64,000 bases of DNA from Auanema rhodensis (taxonomy: Eukaryota; Animalia; Nematoda), in NCBI GenBank assembly GCA_964057225.1, contig OZ059899.1:682001-746000 (forward strand), given 5' to 3'. The position numbers were made by a program, and so were the translations under genes. Below the pieces are notes generated by a model. That model was not told the origin of the DNA, searched no databases, and saw only the letters and a list, made by a program, of their open reading frames with translations. This document shows positions 41,101 to 55,050 of the stretch, piece after piece. Position 1 is the first letter of the stretch. Every line of letters begins with the position of its first letter.

Positions 41101-44100
41101 CAATAAAAATTTGTTTTTAGACTAATATGGACATGGGGAATCTAATTTTGGAAACCGCATCTCTTTATCTTTCACGTGAAGCGAGTTACATACCATGTGC
41201 ACATCACCTGTACATTTAATTAGCATGAATTAAAGTTCAAGTAAATTTCAAAGTCATGGTTACCATGAACCAATATCAATAAAAATTTGTTTTTAGACTA
41301 ATATGGACATGGGGAATCTAATTTTGAAAACCGCATCTCTTTATCTTTCACGTGAAGCGAGTTACATACCATGTGCACATCACGTGTACATTTAATTAGC
41401 ATGAATTAAAGTTCACGTAAATTTCAAAGTCATGGTTACCATGAACCAATATCAATAAAAATTTGTTTTTAGACTAATATGGACATGGGGAATCTAATTT
41501 TGAAAACCGCATCTCTTTATCTTTCACGTGAAGCGAGTTACATACCATGTGCACATCACGTGTACATTTAATTAGCATGAATTAAAGTTCAAGTAAATTT
41601 CAAAGTCATGGTTACCATGAACCAATATCAATAAAAATTTGTTTTTAGACTAATATGGACATGGGGAATCTAATTTTGAAAACCGCATCTCTTTATCTTT
41701 CACGTGAAGCAAGTTACATACCATGTGCACATCACGTGTACATTTAATTAGCATGAATTAAAGTTCACGTGTAATTTCAAAGTCATGGTTACCATGCACC
41801 AATATCAATAAAAATTTGTTTTCAGACTAATATGGACATGGGGAATCTAATTTTGAAAACCGCATCTCTTTATCTTTCACGTGAAGCGAGTTACATACCA
41901 TGTGCACATCACGTGTACATTTAATTAGCATGAATTAAAGTTCACGTAAATTTCAAAGTCATGGTTACCATGAACCAATATCAATAAAAATTTGTTTTTA
42001 GACTAATATGGACATGGGGAATCTAATTTTGGAAACCGCATCTCTTTATCTTTCACGTGAAGCGAGTTACATACCATGTGCACATCACGTGTACATTTAA
42101 TTAGCATGAATTAAAGTTCACGTAAATTTCAAAGTCATGGTTACCATGAACCAATATCAATAAAAATTTGTTTTTAGACTAATATGGACATGGGAAATCT
42201 AATTTTGAAAACCGCATCTCTTTATCTTTCACGTGAAGCGAGTTACATACCATGTGCACATCACGTGTACATTTAATTAGCATGAATTAAAGTTCACGTA
42301 AATTTCAAAGTCATGGTTACCATGAACTAATATCAATAAAAATTTGTTTTTAGACTAAGATGGACATGGGGAATCTAATTTTGGAAACCGCATCTCTTTA
42401 TCTTTCACGTGAAGCGAGTTACATACCATGTGCACATCACGTGTACATTTAATTAGCATGAATTAAAGTTCACGTAAATTTCAAAGTCATGGTTACCATG
42501 AACCAATATCAATAAAAATTTGTTTTTAGACTAATATGGACATTGGGAATCTAATTTTGAAAACCGCATCTCTTTATCTTTCACGTGAAGCGAGTTACAT
42601 ACCATGTGCACATCACGTGTACATTTAATTAGCATGAATTAAAGTTCACGTAAATTTCAAAGTCATGGTTACCATGAACTAATATCAATAAAAATTTGTT
42701 TTTAGACTAATATGGACATGGGGAATCTAATTTTGGACACCGCATCTGTTTATCTTTCACGTGAAGCGAGTTACATACCATGTGCACATCACGTGTACAT
42801 TTAATTAGCATGAATTAAAGTTCACGTAAATTTCAAAGTCATGGTTACCATGAACCAATATCAATAAAAATTTGTTTTTAGACTAATATGGACATGGGAA
42901 ATCTAATTTTGAAAACCGCATCTCTTTATCTTTCTCGTGAAGCGAGTTACATACCATGTGCACATCACGTGTACATTTAATTAGCATGAATTAAAGTTCA
43001 CGTAAATTTCAAAGTCATGGTTACCATGAACCAATATCAATAAAAATTTGTTTTTAGACTAATATGGACATGGGGAATCTAATTTTGGAAACCGCATCTC
43101 TTTATCTTTCACGTGAAGCGAGTTACATACCATGTGCACATCACGTGTACATTTAATTAGCATGAATTAAAGTTCACGTAAATTTCAAAGTCATGGTTAC
43201 CATGAACCAATATCAATAAAAATTTGTTTTTAGACTAATATGGACATGGGGAATCTAATTTTGAAAACCGCATCTCTTTATCTTTCACGTGAAGCGAGTT
43301 ACATACCATGTGCACATCACGTGTACATTTAATTAGCATGAATTAAAGTTCAAGTAAATTTCAAAGTCATGGTTACCATGAACCAATATCAATAAAAATT
43401 TGTTTTTAGACTAATATGGACATGGGGAATCTAATTTTGAAAACCGCATCTCTTTATCTTTCACGTGAAGCGAGTTACATACCATGTGCACATCACGTGT
43501 ACATTTAATTAGCATGAATTAAAGTTCACGTAAATTTCAAAGTCATGGTTACCATGAACCAATATCAATAGAAATTTGTTTTTAGACTAATATGGACATG
43601 GGGAATCTAATTTTGAAAACCGCATCTCTTTATCTTTCACGTGAAGCGAGTTACATACCATGTGCACATCACGTGTACATTTAATTAGCATGAATTAAAG
43701 TTCACGTAAATTTCAAAGTCATGGTTACCATGAACCAATATCAATAAAAATTTGTTTTTAGACTAATATGGACATGGGGAATCTAATTTTGAAAACCGCA
43801 TCTCTTTATCTTTCACGTGAAGCAAGTTACATACCATGTGCACATCACGTGTACATTTAATTAGCATGAATTAAAGTTCACGTAAATTTCAAAGTCATGG
43901 TTACCATGAACCAATATCAATAAAAATTTGTTTTTAGACTAATATGGACATGGGGAATCTAATTTTGGAAACCGCATCTCTTTATCTTTCACGTGAAGCG
44001 AGTTACATACCATGTGCACATCACCTGTACATTTAATTAGCATGAATTAAAGTTCAAGTAAATTTCAAAGTCATGGTTACCATGAACCAATATCAATAAA

Positions 44101-45320
44101 AATTTGTTTTTAGACTAATATGGACATGGGGAATCTAATTTTGAAAACCGCATCTCTTTATCTTTCACGTGAAGCGAGTTACATACCATGTGCACATCAC
44201 GTGTACATTTAATTAGCATGAATTAAAGTTCACGTAAATTTCAAAGTCATGGTTACCATGCACCAATATCAATAAAAATTTGTTTTTAGACTAATATGGG
44301 AATGAGGAATCTAATTTTGAAAACCGCATCTCTTTATCTTTCACGTGAAGCGAGTTACATACCATGTGCACATCACGTGTACATTTAATTAGCATGAATT
44401 AAAGTTCACGTAAATTTCAAAGTCATGGTTACCATGAACCAATATCAATAAAAATTTGTTTTTAGACTAATATGGACATGGGGAATCTAATTTTGAAAAC
44501 CGCATCTCTTTATCTTTCACGTGAAGCGAGTTACATACCATGTGCACATCACGTGTACATTTAATTAGCATGAATTAAAGTTCAAGTAAATTTCAAAGTC
44601 ATGGTTACCATGAACCAATATCAATAAAAATTTGTTTTTAGACTAATATGGACATGGGGAATCTAATTTTGAAAACCGCATCTCTTTATCTTTCACGTGA
44701 AGCAAGTTACATACCATGTGCACATCACGTGTACATTTAATTAGCATGAATTAAAGTTCACGTGTAATTTCAAAGTCATGGTTACCATGCACCAATATCA
44801 ATAAAAATTTGTTTTCAGACTAATATGGACATGGGGAATCTAATTTTGAAAACCGCATCTCTTTATCTTTCACGTGAAGCGAGTTACATACCATGTGCAC
44901 ATCACGTGTACATTTAATTAGCATGAATTAAAGTTCACGTAAATTTCAAAGTCATGGTTACCATGAACCAATATCAATAAAAATTTGTTTTTAGACTAAT
45001 ATGGACATGGGGAATCTAATTTTGGAAACCGCATCTCTTTATCTTTCACGTGAAGCGAGTTACATACCATGTGCACATCACGTGTACATTTAATTAGCAT
45101 GAATTAAAGTTCACGTAAATTTCAAAGTCATGGTTACCATGAACCAATATCAATAAAAATTTGTTTTTAGACTAATATGGACATGGGAAATCTAATTTTG
45201 AAAACCGCATCTCTTTATCTTTCACGTGAAGCGAGTTACATACCATGTGCACATCACGTGTACATTTAATTAGCATGAATTAAAGTTCACGTAAATTTCA
45301 AAGTCATGGTTACCATGAAC
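32184..45320. repeat. Tandem duplication, period 6515 bp (37 monomers, three of 177 bp)
   Basis: CACGTGTAAT insertion monomers lie at 32610, 35251, 38244, 39125, 41766 and 44759 (gaps 2641, 2993, 881, 2641, 2993). The rare ATGGGAATGAGG lies at 37781 and 44296, and CACCTGTAC at 34690/41205 and ~37507/44022. All paired offsets equal 6515 = 37x176 + 3. Confidence 0.92.
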
Positions 45321-47299
45321 TAATATCAATAAAAATTTGTTTTTAGACTAAGATGGACATGGGGAATCTAATTTTGGACACCGCATCTCTTTATCTTTCA
45401 CGTGAAGCGAGTTACATACCATGTGCACATCACGTGTACATTTAATTAGCATGAATTAAAGTTCACGTAAATTTCAAAGTCATGGTTACCATGAACCAAT
45501 ATCAATAAAAATTTGTTTTTAGACTAATATGGACATGGGAAATCTAATTTTGAAAACCGCATCTCTTTATCTTTCACGTGAAGCGAGTTACATACCATGT
45601 GCACATCACGTGTACATTTAATTAGCATGAATTAAAGTTCACGTAAATTTCAAAGTCATGGTTACCATGAACTAATATCAATAAAAATTTGTTTTTAGAC
45701 TAATATGGACATGGGGAATCTAATTTTGGACACCGCATCTGTTTATCTTTCACGTGAAGCGAGTTACATACCATGTGCACATCACGTGTACATTTAATTA
45801 GCATGAATTAAAGTTCACGTAAATTTCAAAGTCATGGTTACCATGAACCAATATCAATAAAAATTTGTTTTTAGACTAATATGGACATGGGGAATCTAAT
45901 TTTGAAAACCGCATCTCTTTATCTTTCACGTGAAGCGAGTTACATACCATGTGCACATCACGTGTACATTTAATTAGCATGAATTAAAGTTCAAGTAAAT
46001 TTCAAAGTCATGGTTACCATGAACCAATATCAATAAAAATTTGTTTTTAGACTAATATGGACATGGGGAATCTAATTTTGGAAACCGCATCTCTTTATCT
46101 TTCACGTGAAGCGAGTTACATACCATGTGCACATCACGTGTACATTTAATTAGCATGAATTAAAGTTCACGTAAATTTCAAAGTCATGGTTACCATGAAC
46201 CAATATCAATAGAAATTTGTTTTTAGACTAATATGGACATGGGGAATCTAATTTTGAAAACCGCATCTCTTTATCTTTCACGTGAAGCGAGTTACATACC
46301 ATGTGCACATCACGTGTACATTTAATTAGCATGAATTAAAGTTCACGTAAATTTCAAAGTCATGGTTACCATGAACCAATATCAATAAAAATTTGTTTTT
46401 AGACTAATATGGACATGGGGAATCTAATTTTGAAAACCGCATCTCTTTATCTTTCACGTGAAGCAAGTTACATACCATGTGCACATCACGTGTACATTTA
46501 ATTAGCATGAATTAAAGTTCACGTAAATTTCAAAGTCATGGTTACCATGAACCAATATCAATAAAAATTTGTTTTTAGACTAATATGGACATGGGGAATC
46601 TAATTTTGGAAACCGCATCTCTTTATCTTTCACGTGAAGCGAGTTACATACCATGTGCACATCACCTGTACATTTAATTAGCATGAATTAAAGTTCAAGT
46701 AAATTTCAAAGTCATGGTTACCATGAACCAATATCAATAAAAATTTGTTTTTAGACTAATATGGACATGGGGAATCTAATTTTGAAAACCGCATCTCTTT
46801 ATCTTTCACGTGAAGCGAGTTACATACCATGTGCACATCACGTGTACATTTAATTAGCATGAATTAAAGTTCACGTAAATTTCAAAGTCATGGTTACCAT
46901 GAACCAATATCAATAAAAATTTGTTTTTAGACTAATATGGACATGGGGAATCTAATTTTGAAAACCGCATCTCTTTATCTTTCACGTGAAGCGAGTTACA
47001 TACCATGTGCACATCACGTGTACATTTAATTAGCATGAATTAAAGTTCACGTAAATTTCAAAGTCATGGTTACCATGAACCAATATCAATAAAAATTTGT
47101 TTTTAGACTAATATGGACATGGGGAATCTAAATTTGAAAACCGCATCTCTTTATCTTTCACGTGAAGCAAGTTACATACCATGTGCACATCACGTGTACA
47201 TTTAATTAGCATGAATTAAAGTTCACGTAAATTTCAAAGTCATGGTTACCATGAACCAATATCAATAAAAATTTGTTTTTAGACTAATATGGACATGGG

Positions 47300-49420
47300 G
47301 AATCTAATTTTGGAAACCGCATCTCTTTATCTTTCACGTGAAGCGAGTTACATACCATGTGCACATCACGTGTACATTTAATTAGCATGAATTAAAGTTC
47401 ACGTAAATTTCAAAGTCATGGTTACCATGAACCAATATCAATAAAAATTTGTTTTTAGACTAATATGGACATGGGGAATCTAATTTTGAAAACCGCATCT
47501 CTTTATCTTTCACGTGAAGCGAGTTACAAACCATGTGCACATCACGTGTACATTTAATTAGCATGAATTAAAGTTCAAGTAAATTTCAAAGTCATGGTTA
47601 CCATGAACCAATATCAATAAAAATTTGTTTTTAGACTAATATGGACATGGGGAATCTAATTTTGAAAACCGCATCTCTTTATCTTTCACGTGAAGCGAGT
47701 TACATACCATGTGCACATCACGTGTACATTTAATTAGCATGAATTAAAGTTCAAGTAAATTTCAAAGTCATGGTTACCATGAACCAATATCAATAAAAAT
47801 TTGTTTTTAGACTAATATGGACATGGGGAATCTAATTTTGAAAACCGCATCTCTTTATCTTTCACGTGAAGCGAGTTACATACCATGTGCACATCACGTG
47901 TACATTTAATTAGCATGAATTAAAGTTCACGTAAATTTCAAAGTCATGGTTACCATGCACCAATATCAATAAAAATTTGTTTTTAGACTAATATGGACAT
48001 GGGGAATCTAATTTTGAAAACCGCATCTCTTTATCTTTCACGTGAAGCGAGTTACATACCATGTGCACATCACGTTTACATTTAATTAGCATGAATTAAA
48101 GTTCAAGTAAATTTCAAAGTCATGGTTACCATGAACCAATATCAATAAAAATTTGTTTTTAGACTAATATGGACATGGGGAATCTAATTTTGAAAACCGC
48201 ATCTCTTTATCTTTCACGTGAAGCGAGTTACATACCATGTGCACATCACGTGTACATTTAATTAGCATGAATTAAAGTTCACGTAAATTTCAAAGTCATG
48301 GTTACCATGAACCAATATCAATAAAAATTTGTTTTTAGACTAATATGGACATGGGGAATCTAATTTTGAAAACCGCATCTCTTTATCTTTCACGTGAAGC
48401 GAGTTACATACCATGTGCACATCACGTGTACATTTAATTAGCATGAATTAAAGTTCACGTAAATTTCAAAGTCATGGTTACCATGAACCAATATCAATAA
48501 AAATTTGTTTTTAGACTAATATGGACATGGGGAATCTAATTTTGAAAACCGCATCTCTTTATCTTTCACGTGAAGCGAGTTACAAACCATGTGCACATCA
48601 CGTGTACATTTAATTAGCATGAATTAAAGTTCAAGTAAATTTCAAAGTCATGGTTACCATGAACCAATATCAATAAAAATTTGTTTTTAGACTAATATGG
48701 ACATGGGGAATCTAATTTTGAAAACCGCATCTCTTTATCTTTCACGTGAAGCGAGTTACATACCATGTGCACATCACGTGTACATTTAATTAGCATGAAT
48801 TAAAGTTCAAGTAAATTTCAAAGTCATGGTTACCATGAACCAATATCAATAAAAATTTGTTTTTAGACTAATATGGACATGGGGAATCTAATTTTGAAAA
48901 CCGCATCTCTTTATCTTTCACGTGAAGCGAGTTACATACCATGTGCACATCACGTGTACATTTAATTAGCATGAATTAAAGTTCACGTAAATTTCAAAGT
49001 CATGGTTACCATGCACCAATATCAATAAAAATTTGTTTTTAGACTAATATGGACATGGGGAATCTAATTTTGAAAACCGCATCTCTTTATCTTTCACGTG
49101 AAGCGAGTTACATACCATGTGCACATCACGTGTACATTTAATTAGCATGAATTAAAGTTCAAGTAAATTTCAAAGTCATGGTTACCATGAACCAATATCA
49201 ATAAAAATTTGTTTTTAGACTACTATGGACATGGGGAATCTAATTTTGAAAACCGCATCTCTTTATCTTTCACGTGAAGCGAGTTACATACCATGTGCAC
49301 ATCACGTGTACATTTAATTAGCATGAATTAAAGTTCACGTAAATTTCAAAGTCATGGTTACCATGAACCAATATCAATAAAAATTTGTTTTTAGACTAAT
49401 ATGGACATGGGGAATCTAAT
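47300..49420. repeat. 6-monomer tandem duplication (1056 bp)
   Basis: The private variant GTTACAAACC has its variant A at 47529 and 48585. Each is followed by the same TCAAG, TCAAG, GCACC, TCAAG monomer order. Confidence 0.8.
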
Positions 49421-50599
49421 TTTGAAAACCGCATCTCTTTATCTTTCACGTGAAGCGAGTTACATACCATGTGCACATCACGTGTACATTTAATTAGCAT
49501 GAATTAAAGTTCACGTAAATTTCAAAGTCATGGTTACCATGAACCAATATCAATAAAAATTTGTTTTTAGACTAATATGGACATGGGGAATCTAATTTTG
49601 AAAACCGCATCTCTTTATCTTTCACGTGAAGCGAGTTACATACCATGTGCACATCACGTGTACATTTAATTAGCATGAATTAAAGTTCACGTAAATTTCA
49701 AAGTCATGGTTACCATGAACCAATATCAATAAAAATTTGTTTTTAGACTAATATGGACATGGGGAATCTGATTTTGAAAACCGCATCTCTTTATCTTTCA
49801 CGTGAAGCGAGTTACATACCAAGTGCACATCACGTGTACATTTAATTAGCATGAATTAAAGTTCACGTAAATTTCAAAGTCATGGTTACCATGAACTAAT
49901 ATCAATAAAAATTTGTTTTTAGACTAATATGGACATGGGGAATCTAATTTTGGAAACCGCATCTCTTTATCTTTCACGTGAAGCGAGTTACATACCATGT
50001 GCACATCACGTGTACATTTAATTAGCATGAATTAAAGTTCACGTAAATTTCAAAGTCATGGTTACCATGAACCAATATCAATAAAAATTTGTTTTTAGAC
50101 TAATATGGACATGGGGAATCTAATTTTGAAAACCGCATCTCTTTACCTTTCACGTGAAGCGAGTTACATACCATGTGCACATCACGTGTACATTTAATTA
50201 GCATGAATTAAAGTTCACGTAAATTTCAAAGTCATGGTTACCATGAACCAATATCAATAAAAATTTGTTTTTAGACTAATATGGACATGGGGAATCTAAT
50301 TTTGGAAACCGCATCTCTTTATCTTTCACGTGAAGCGAGTTACATACCATGTGCACATCACGTGTACATTTAATTAGCATGAATTAAAGTTCACGTAAAT
50401 TTCAAAGTCATGGTTACCATGCACCAATATCAATAAAAATTTGTTTTCAGACTAATATGGACATGGGGAATCTAATTTTGGAAACCGCATCTCTTTATCT
50501 TTCACGTGAAGCGAGTTACATACCATGTGCACATCACGTGTACATTTAATTAGCATGAATTAAAGTTCACGTAAATTTCAAAGTCATGGTTACCATGCA

Positions 50600-53500
50600 C
50601 AAATATCAATAAAAATTTGTTTTTAGACTAATATGGACATGGGGAATCTAATTTTGGAAACCGCATCTCTTTATCTTTCACGTGAAGCGAGTTACATACC
50701 ATGTGCACATCACGTGTACATTTAATTAGCATGAATTAAAGTTCACGTAAATTTCAAAGTCATGGTTACCATGAACCAATATCAATAAAAATTTGTTTTT
50801 AGACTAATATGGACATGGGGAATCTAATTTTGAAAACCGCATCTTTTTATCTTTCACGTGAAGCGAGTTACATACCAAGTGCACATCACGTGTACATTTA
50901 ATTAGCATAAATTAAAGTTCACGTAAATTTCAAAGTCATGGTTACCATGAACCAATATCAATAAAAATTTGTTTTTAGACTAATATGGACATGGGGAATC
51001 TAATTTTGAAAACCGCATCTCTTCATCTTTCACGTGAAGCGAGTTACATACCAAGTGCACATCACGTGTACATTTAATTAGCATAAATTAAAGTGCACGT
51101 AAATTTCAAAGTCATGGTTACCATGAACCAATATCAATAAAAATTTGTTTTTAGACTAATATGGACATGGGGAATCTAATTTTGGAAACCGCATCTCTTT
51201 ATCTTTCACGTGAAGCGAGTTACATACCATGTGCACATCACGTGTACATTTAATTAGCATGAATTAAAGTTCACGTAAATTTCAAAGTCATGGTTACCAT
51301 GAACCAATATCAATAAAAATTTGTTTTTAGACTAATATGGACATGGGGAATCTAATTTTGAAAACCGCATCTCTTTATCTTTCACGTGAAGCGAGTTACA
51401 TACCAAGTGCACATCACGTGTACATTTAATTAGCATAAATTAAAGTTCACGTAAATTTCAAAGTCATGGTTACCATGCACGAATATCTATAAAAATTTGT
51501 TTTTAGACTAATATGGACATGGGGAATCTAATTTTGAAAACCGCATCTCTTTATCTTTCACGTGAAGCGAGTTACATACCAAGTGCACATCACGTGTACA
51601 TTTAATTAGCATGAATTAAAGTTCACGTAAATTTCAAAGTCATGGTTACCATGAACCAATATCAATAAAAATTTGTTTTTAGACTAATATGGACATGGGG
51701 AATCTAATTTTGAAAACCGCATCTCTTTATCTTTCACGTGAAGCGAGTTACATACCAAGTGCACATCACGTGTACATTTAATTAGCATAAATTAAAGTTC
51801 ACGTAAATTTCAAAGTCATGGTTACCATGCACGAATATCTATAAAAATTTGTTTTTAGACTAATATGGACATGGGGAATCTAATTTTGAAAACCGCATCT
51901 CTTTATCTTTCACGTGAAGCGAGTTACATACCAAGTGCACATCACGTGTACATTTAATTAGCATAAATTAAAGTTCACGTAAATTTCAAAGTCATGGTTA
52001 CCATGAATCAATATCAATAAAAATTTGTTCTTAGACTAATATGGACATGAGGAATCTAATTTTGAAAACCGCATCTCTTTATCTTTCACGTGAAGCGAGT
52101 TACATACCAAGTGCACATCACGTGTACATTTAATTAGCATAACTTAAAGTTCACGTAAATTTCAAAGTCATGGGTACCATGAACCAATATCAATAAAAAT
52201 TTGTTTTTAGACTAATATGGACATGGGGAATCTAATTTTGAAAACCGCATCTTTTTATCTTTCACGTGAAGCGAGTTACATACCAAGTGCACATCACGTG
52301 TACATTTAATTAGCATAAATTAAAGTTCACGTAAATTTCAAAGTCATGGTTACCATGAACCAATATCAATAAAAATTTGTTTTTAGACTAATATGGACAT
52401 GGGGAATCTAATTTTGAAAACCGCATCTCTTTATCTTTCACGTGAAGCGAGTTACATACCAAGTGCACATCACGTGTACATTTAATTAGCATAAATTAAA
52501 GTTCACGTAAATTTCAAAGTCATGGTTACCATGCACGAATATCAATAAAAATTTGTTTTTAGACTAATATGGACATGGGGAATCTAATTTTGAAAACCGC
52601 ATCTCTTTATCTTTCACGTGAAGCGAGTTACATACCAAGTGCACATCACGTGTACATTTAATTAGCATGAATAAAAGTTCACGTAAATTTCAAAGTCATG
52701 GTTACCATGAACCAATATCAATAAAAATTTGTTTTTAGACTAATATGGACATGGGGAATCTAATTTCGGAAACCGCATCTCTTTATCTTTCACGTGAAGC
52801 GAGTTACATACCAAGTGCACATCACGTGTACATTTAATTAGCATAAATTAAAGTTCACGTAAATTTCAAAGTCATGGTTACCATGAACCAATATCAATAA
52901 AAATTTGTTTTTAGACTAATATGGACATGGGGAATCTAATTTTGAAAACCGCATCTCTTTATCTTTCACGTGAAGCGAGTTACATACCATGTGCACATCA
53001 CGTGTACATTTAATTAGCATGAATTAAAGTTCACGTAAATTTCAAAGTCATGGTTACCATGAACCAATATCAATAAAAATTTGTTTTTAGACTAATATGG
53101 ACATGGGGAATCTAATTTTGGAAACCGCATCTCTTTATCTTTCACGTGAAGCGAGTTACATACCATGTGCACATCACGTGTACATTTAATTAGCATGAAT
53201 TAAAGTTCACGTAAATTTCAAAGTCATGGTTACCATGAACCAATATCAATAAAAATTTGTTTTTAGACTAATATGGACATGGGGAATCTAATTTTGAAAA
53301 CCGCATCTTTTTATCTTTCACGTGAAGCGAGTTACATACCAAGTGCACATCACGTGTACATTTAATTAGCATAAATTAAAGTTCACGTAAATTTCAAAGT
53401 CATGGTTACCATGAACCAATATCAATAAAAATTTGTTTTTAGACTAATATGGACATGGGGAATCTAATTTTGAAAACCGCATCTCTTTATCTTTCACGTG

Positions 53501-55050
53501 AAGCGAGTTACATACCAAGTGCACATCACGTGTACATTTAATTAGCATAAATTAAAGTGCACGTAAATTTCAAAGTCATGGTTACCATGAACCAATATCA
53601 ATAAAAATTTGTTTTTAGACTAATATGGACATGGGGAATCTAATTTTGGAAACCGCATCTCTTTATCTTTCACGTGAAGCGAGTTACATACCATGTGCAC
53701 ATCACGTGTACATTTAATTAGCATGAATTAAAGTTCACGTAAATTTCAAAGTCATGGTTACCATGAACCAATATCAATAAAAATTTGTTTTTAGACTAAT
53801 ATGGACATGGGGAATCTAATTTTGAAAACCGCATCTCTTTATCTTTCACGTGAAGCGAGTTACATACCAAGTGCACATCACGTGTACATTTAATTAGCAT
53901 AAATTAAAGTTCACGTAAATTTCAAAGTCATGGTTACCATGCACGAATATCTATAAAAATTTGTTTTTAGACTAATATGGACATGGGGAATCTAATTTTG
54001 AAAACCGCATCTCTTTATCTTTCACGTGAAGCGAGTTACATACCAAGTGCACATCACGTGTACATTTAATTAGCATAAATTAAAGTTCACGTAAATTTCA
54101 AAGTCATGGTTACCATGAATCAATATCAATAAAAATTTGTTCTTAGACTAATATGGACATGAGGAATCTAATTTTGAAAACCGCATCTCTTTATCTTTCA
54201 CGTGAAGCGAGTTACATACCAAGTGCACATCACGTGTACATTTAATTAGCATAACTTAAAGTTCACGTAAATTTCAAAGTCATGGGTACCATGAACCAAT
54301 ATCAATAAAAATTTGTTTTTAGACTAATATGGACATGGGGAATCTAATTTTGAAAACCGCATCTTTTTATCTTTCACGTGAAGCGAGTTACATACCAAGT
54401 GCACATCACGTGTACATTTAATTAGCATAAATTAAAGTTCACGTAAATTTCAAAGTCATGGTTACCATGAACCAATATCAATAAAAATTTGTTTTTAGAC
54501 TAATATGGACATGGGGAATCTAATTTTGAAAACCGCATCTCTTTATCTTTCACGTGAAGCGAGTTACATACCAAAAGCACATCACGTGTACATTTAATTA
54601 GCATAAATTAAAGTTCACGTAAATTTCAAAGTCATGGTTACCATGCACGAATATCAATAAAAATTTGTTTTTAGACTAATATGGACATGGGGAATCTAAT
54701 TTTGAAAACCGCATCTCTTTATCTTTCACGTGAAGCGAGTTACATACCAAGTGCACATCACGTGTACATTTAATTAGCATGAATAAAAGTTCACGTAAAT
54801 TTCAAAGTCATGGTTACCATGAACCAATATCAATAAAAATTTGTTTTTAGACTAATATGGACATGGGGAATCTAATTTCGGAAACCGCATCTCTTTATCT
54901 TTCACGTGAAGCGAGTTACATACCAAGTGCACATCACGTGTACATTTAATTAGCATAAATTAAAGTTCACGTAAATTTCAAAGTCATGGTTACCATGAAC
55001 CAATATCAATAAAAATTTGTTTTTAGACTAATATGGACATGGGGAATCTA
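50600..55050. repeat. Duplication of a 12-14-monomer unit in the second A domain
   Basis: Markers at 52006/54118 and 52140/54252 are offset by 2112 (12 monomers). The upstream marker ATCTTTTTAT at 50841/53305 is offset by 2464 (14 monomers) because the first copy has an extra dimer (GCACGAATATCTAT at ~51478 and 51829). Confidence 0.8.

Larger units (their letters stand above)
15300..50820. repeat. Subfamily B domain (CCATGTG at pos 51, GCATGAAT at pos 82), ~200 highly homogeneous monomers
   Basis: T51/G82 in nearly all monomers. Isolated A-type or mixed monomers occur near 15.9-16.1, 19.2, 19.6, 20.3-20.5 and 49.8 kb. Confidence 0.92.

Noticed and set aside
15300-50820. A single regular higher-order repeat, or a coded message in the variant order
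   Set aside because: Periods vary (4, 5, 6, 7, 15, 17, 21, 25 and 37 monomers) and are explained by nested duplication. No fixed period spans the domain.
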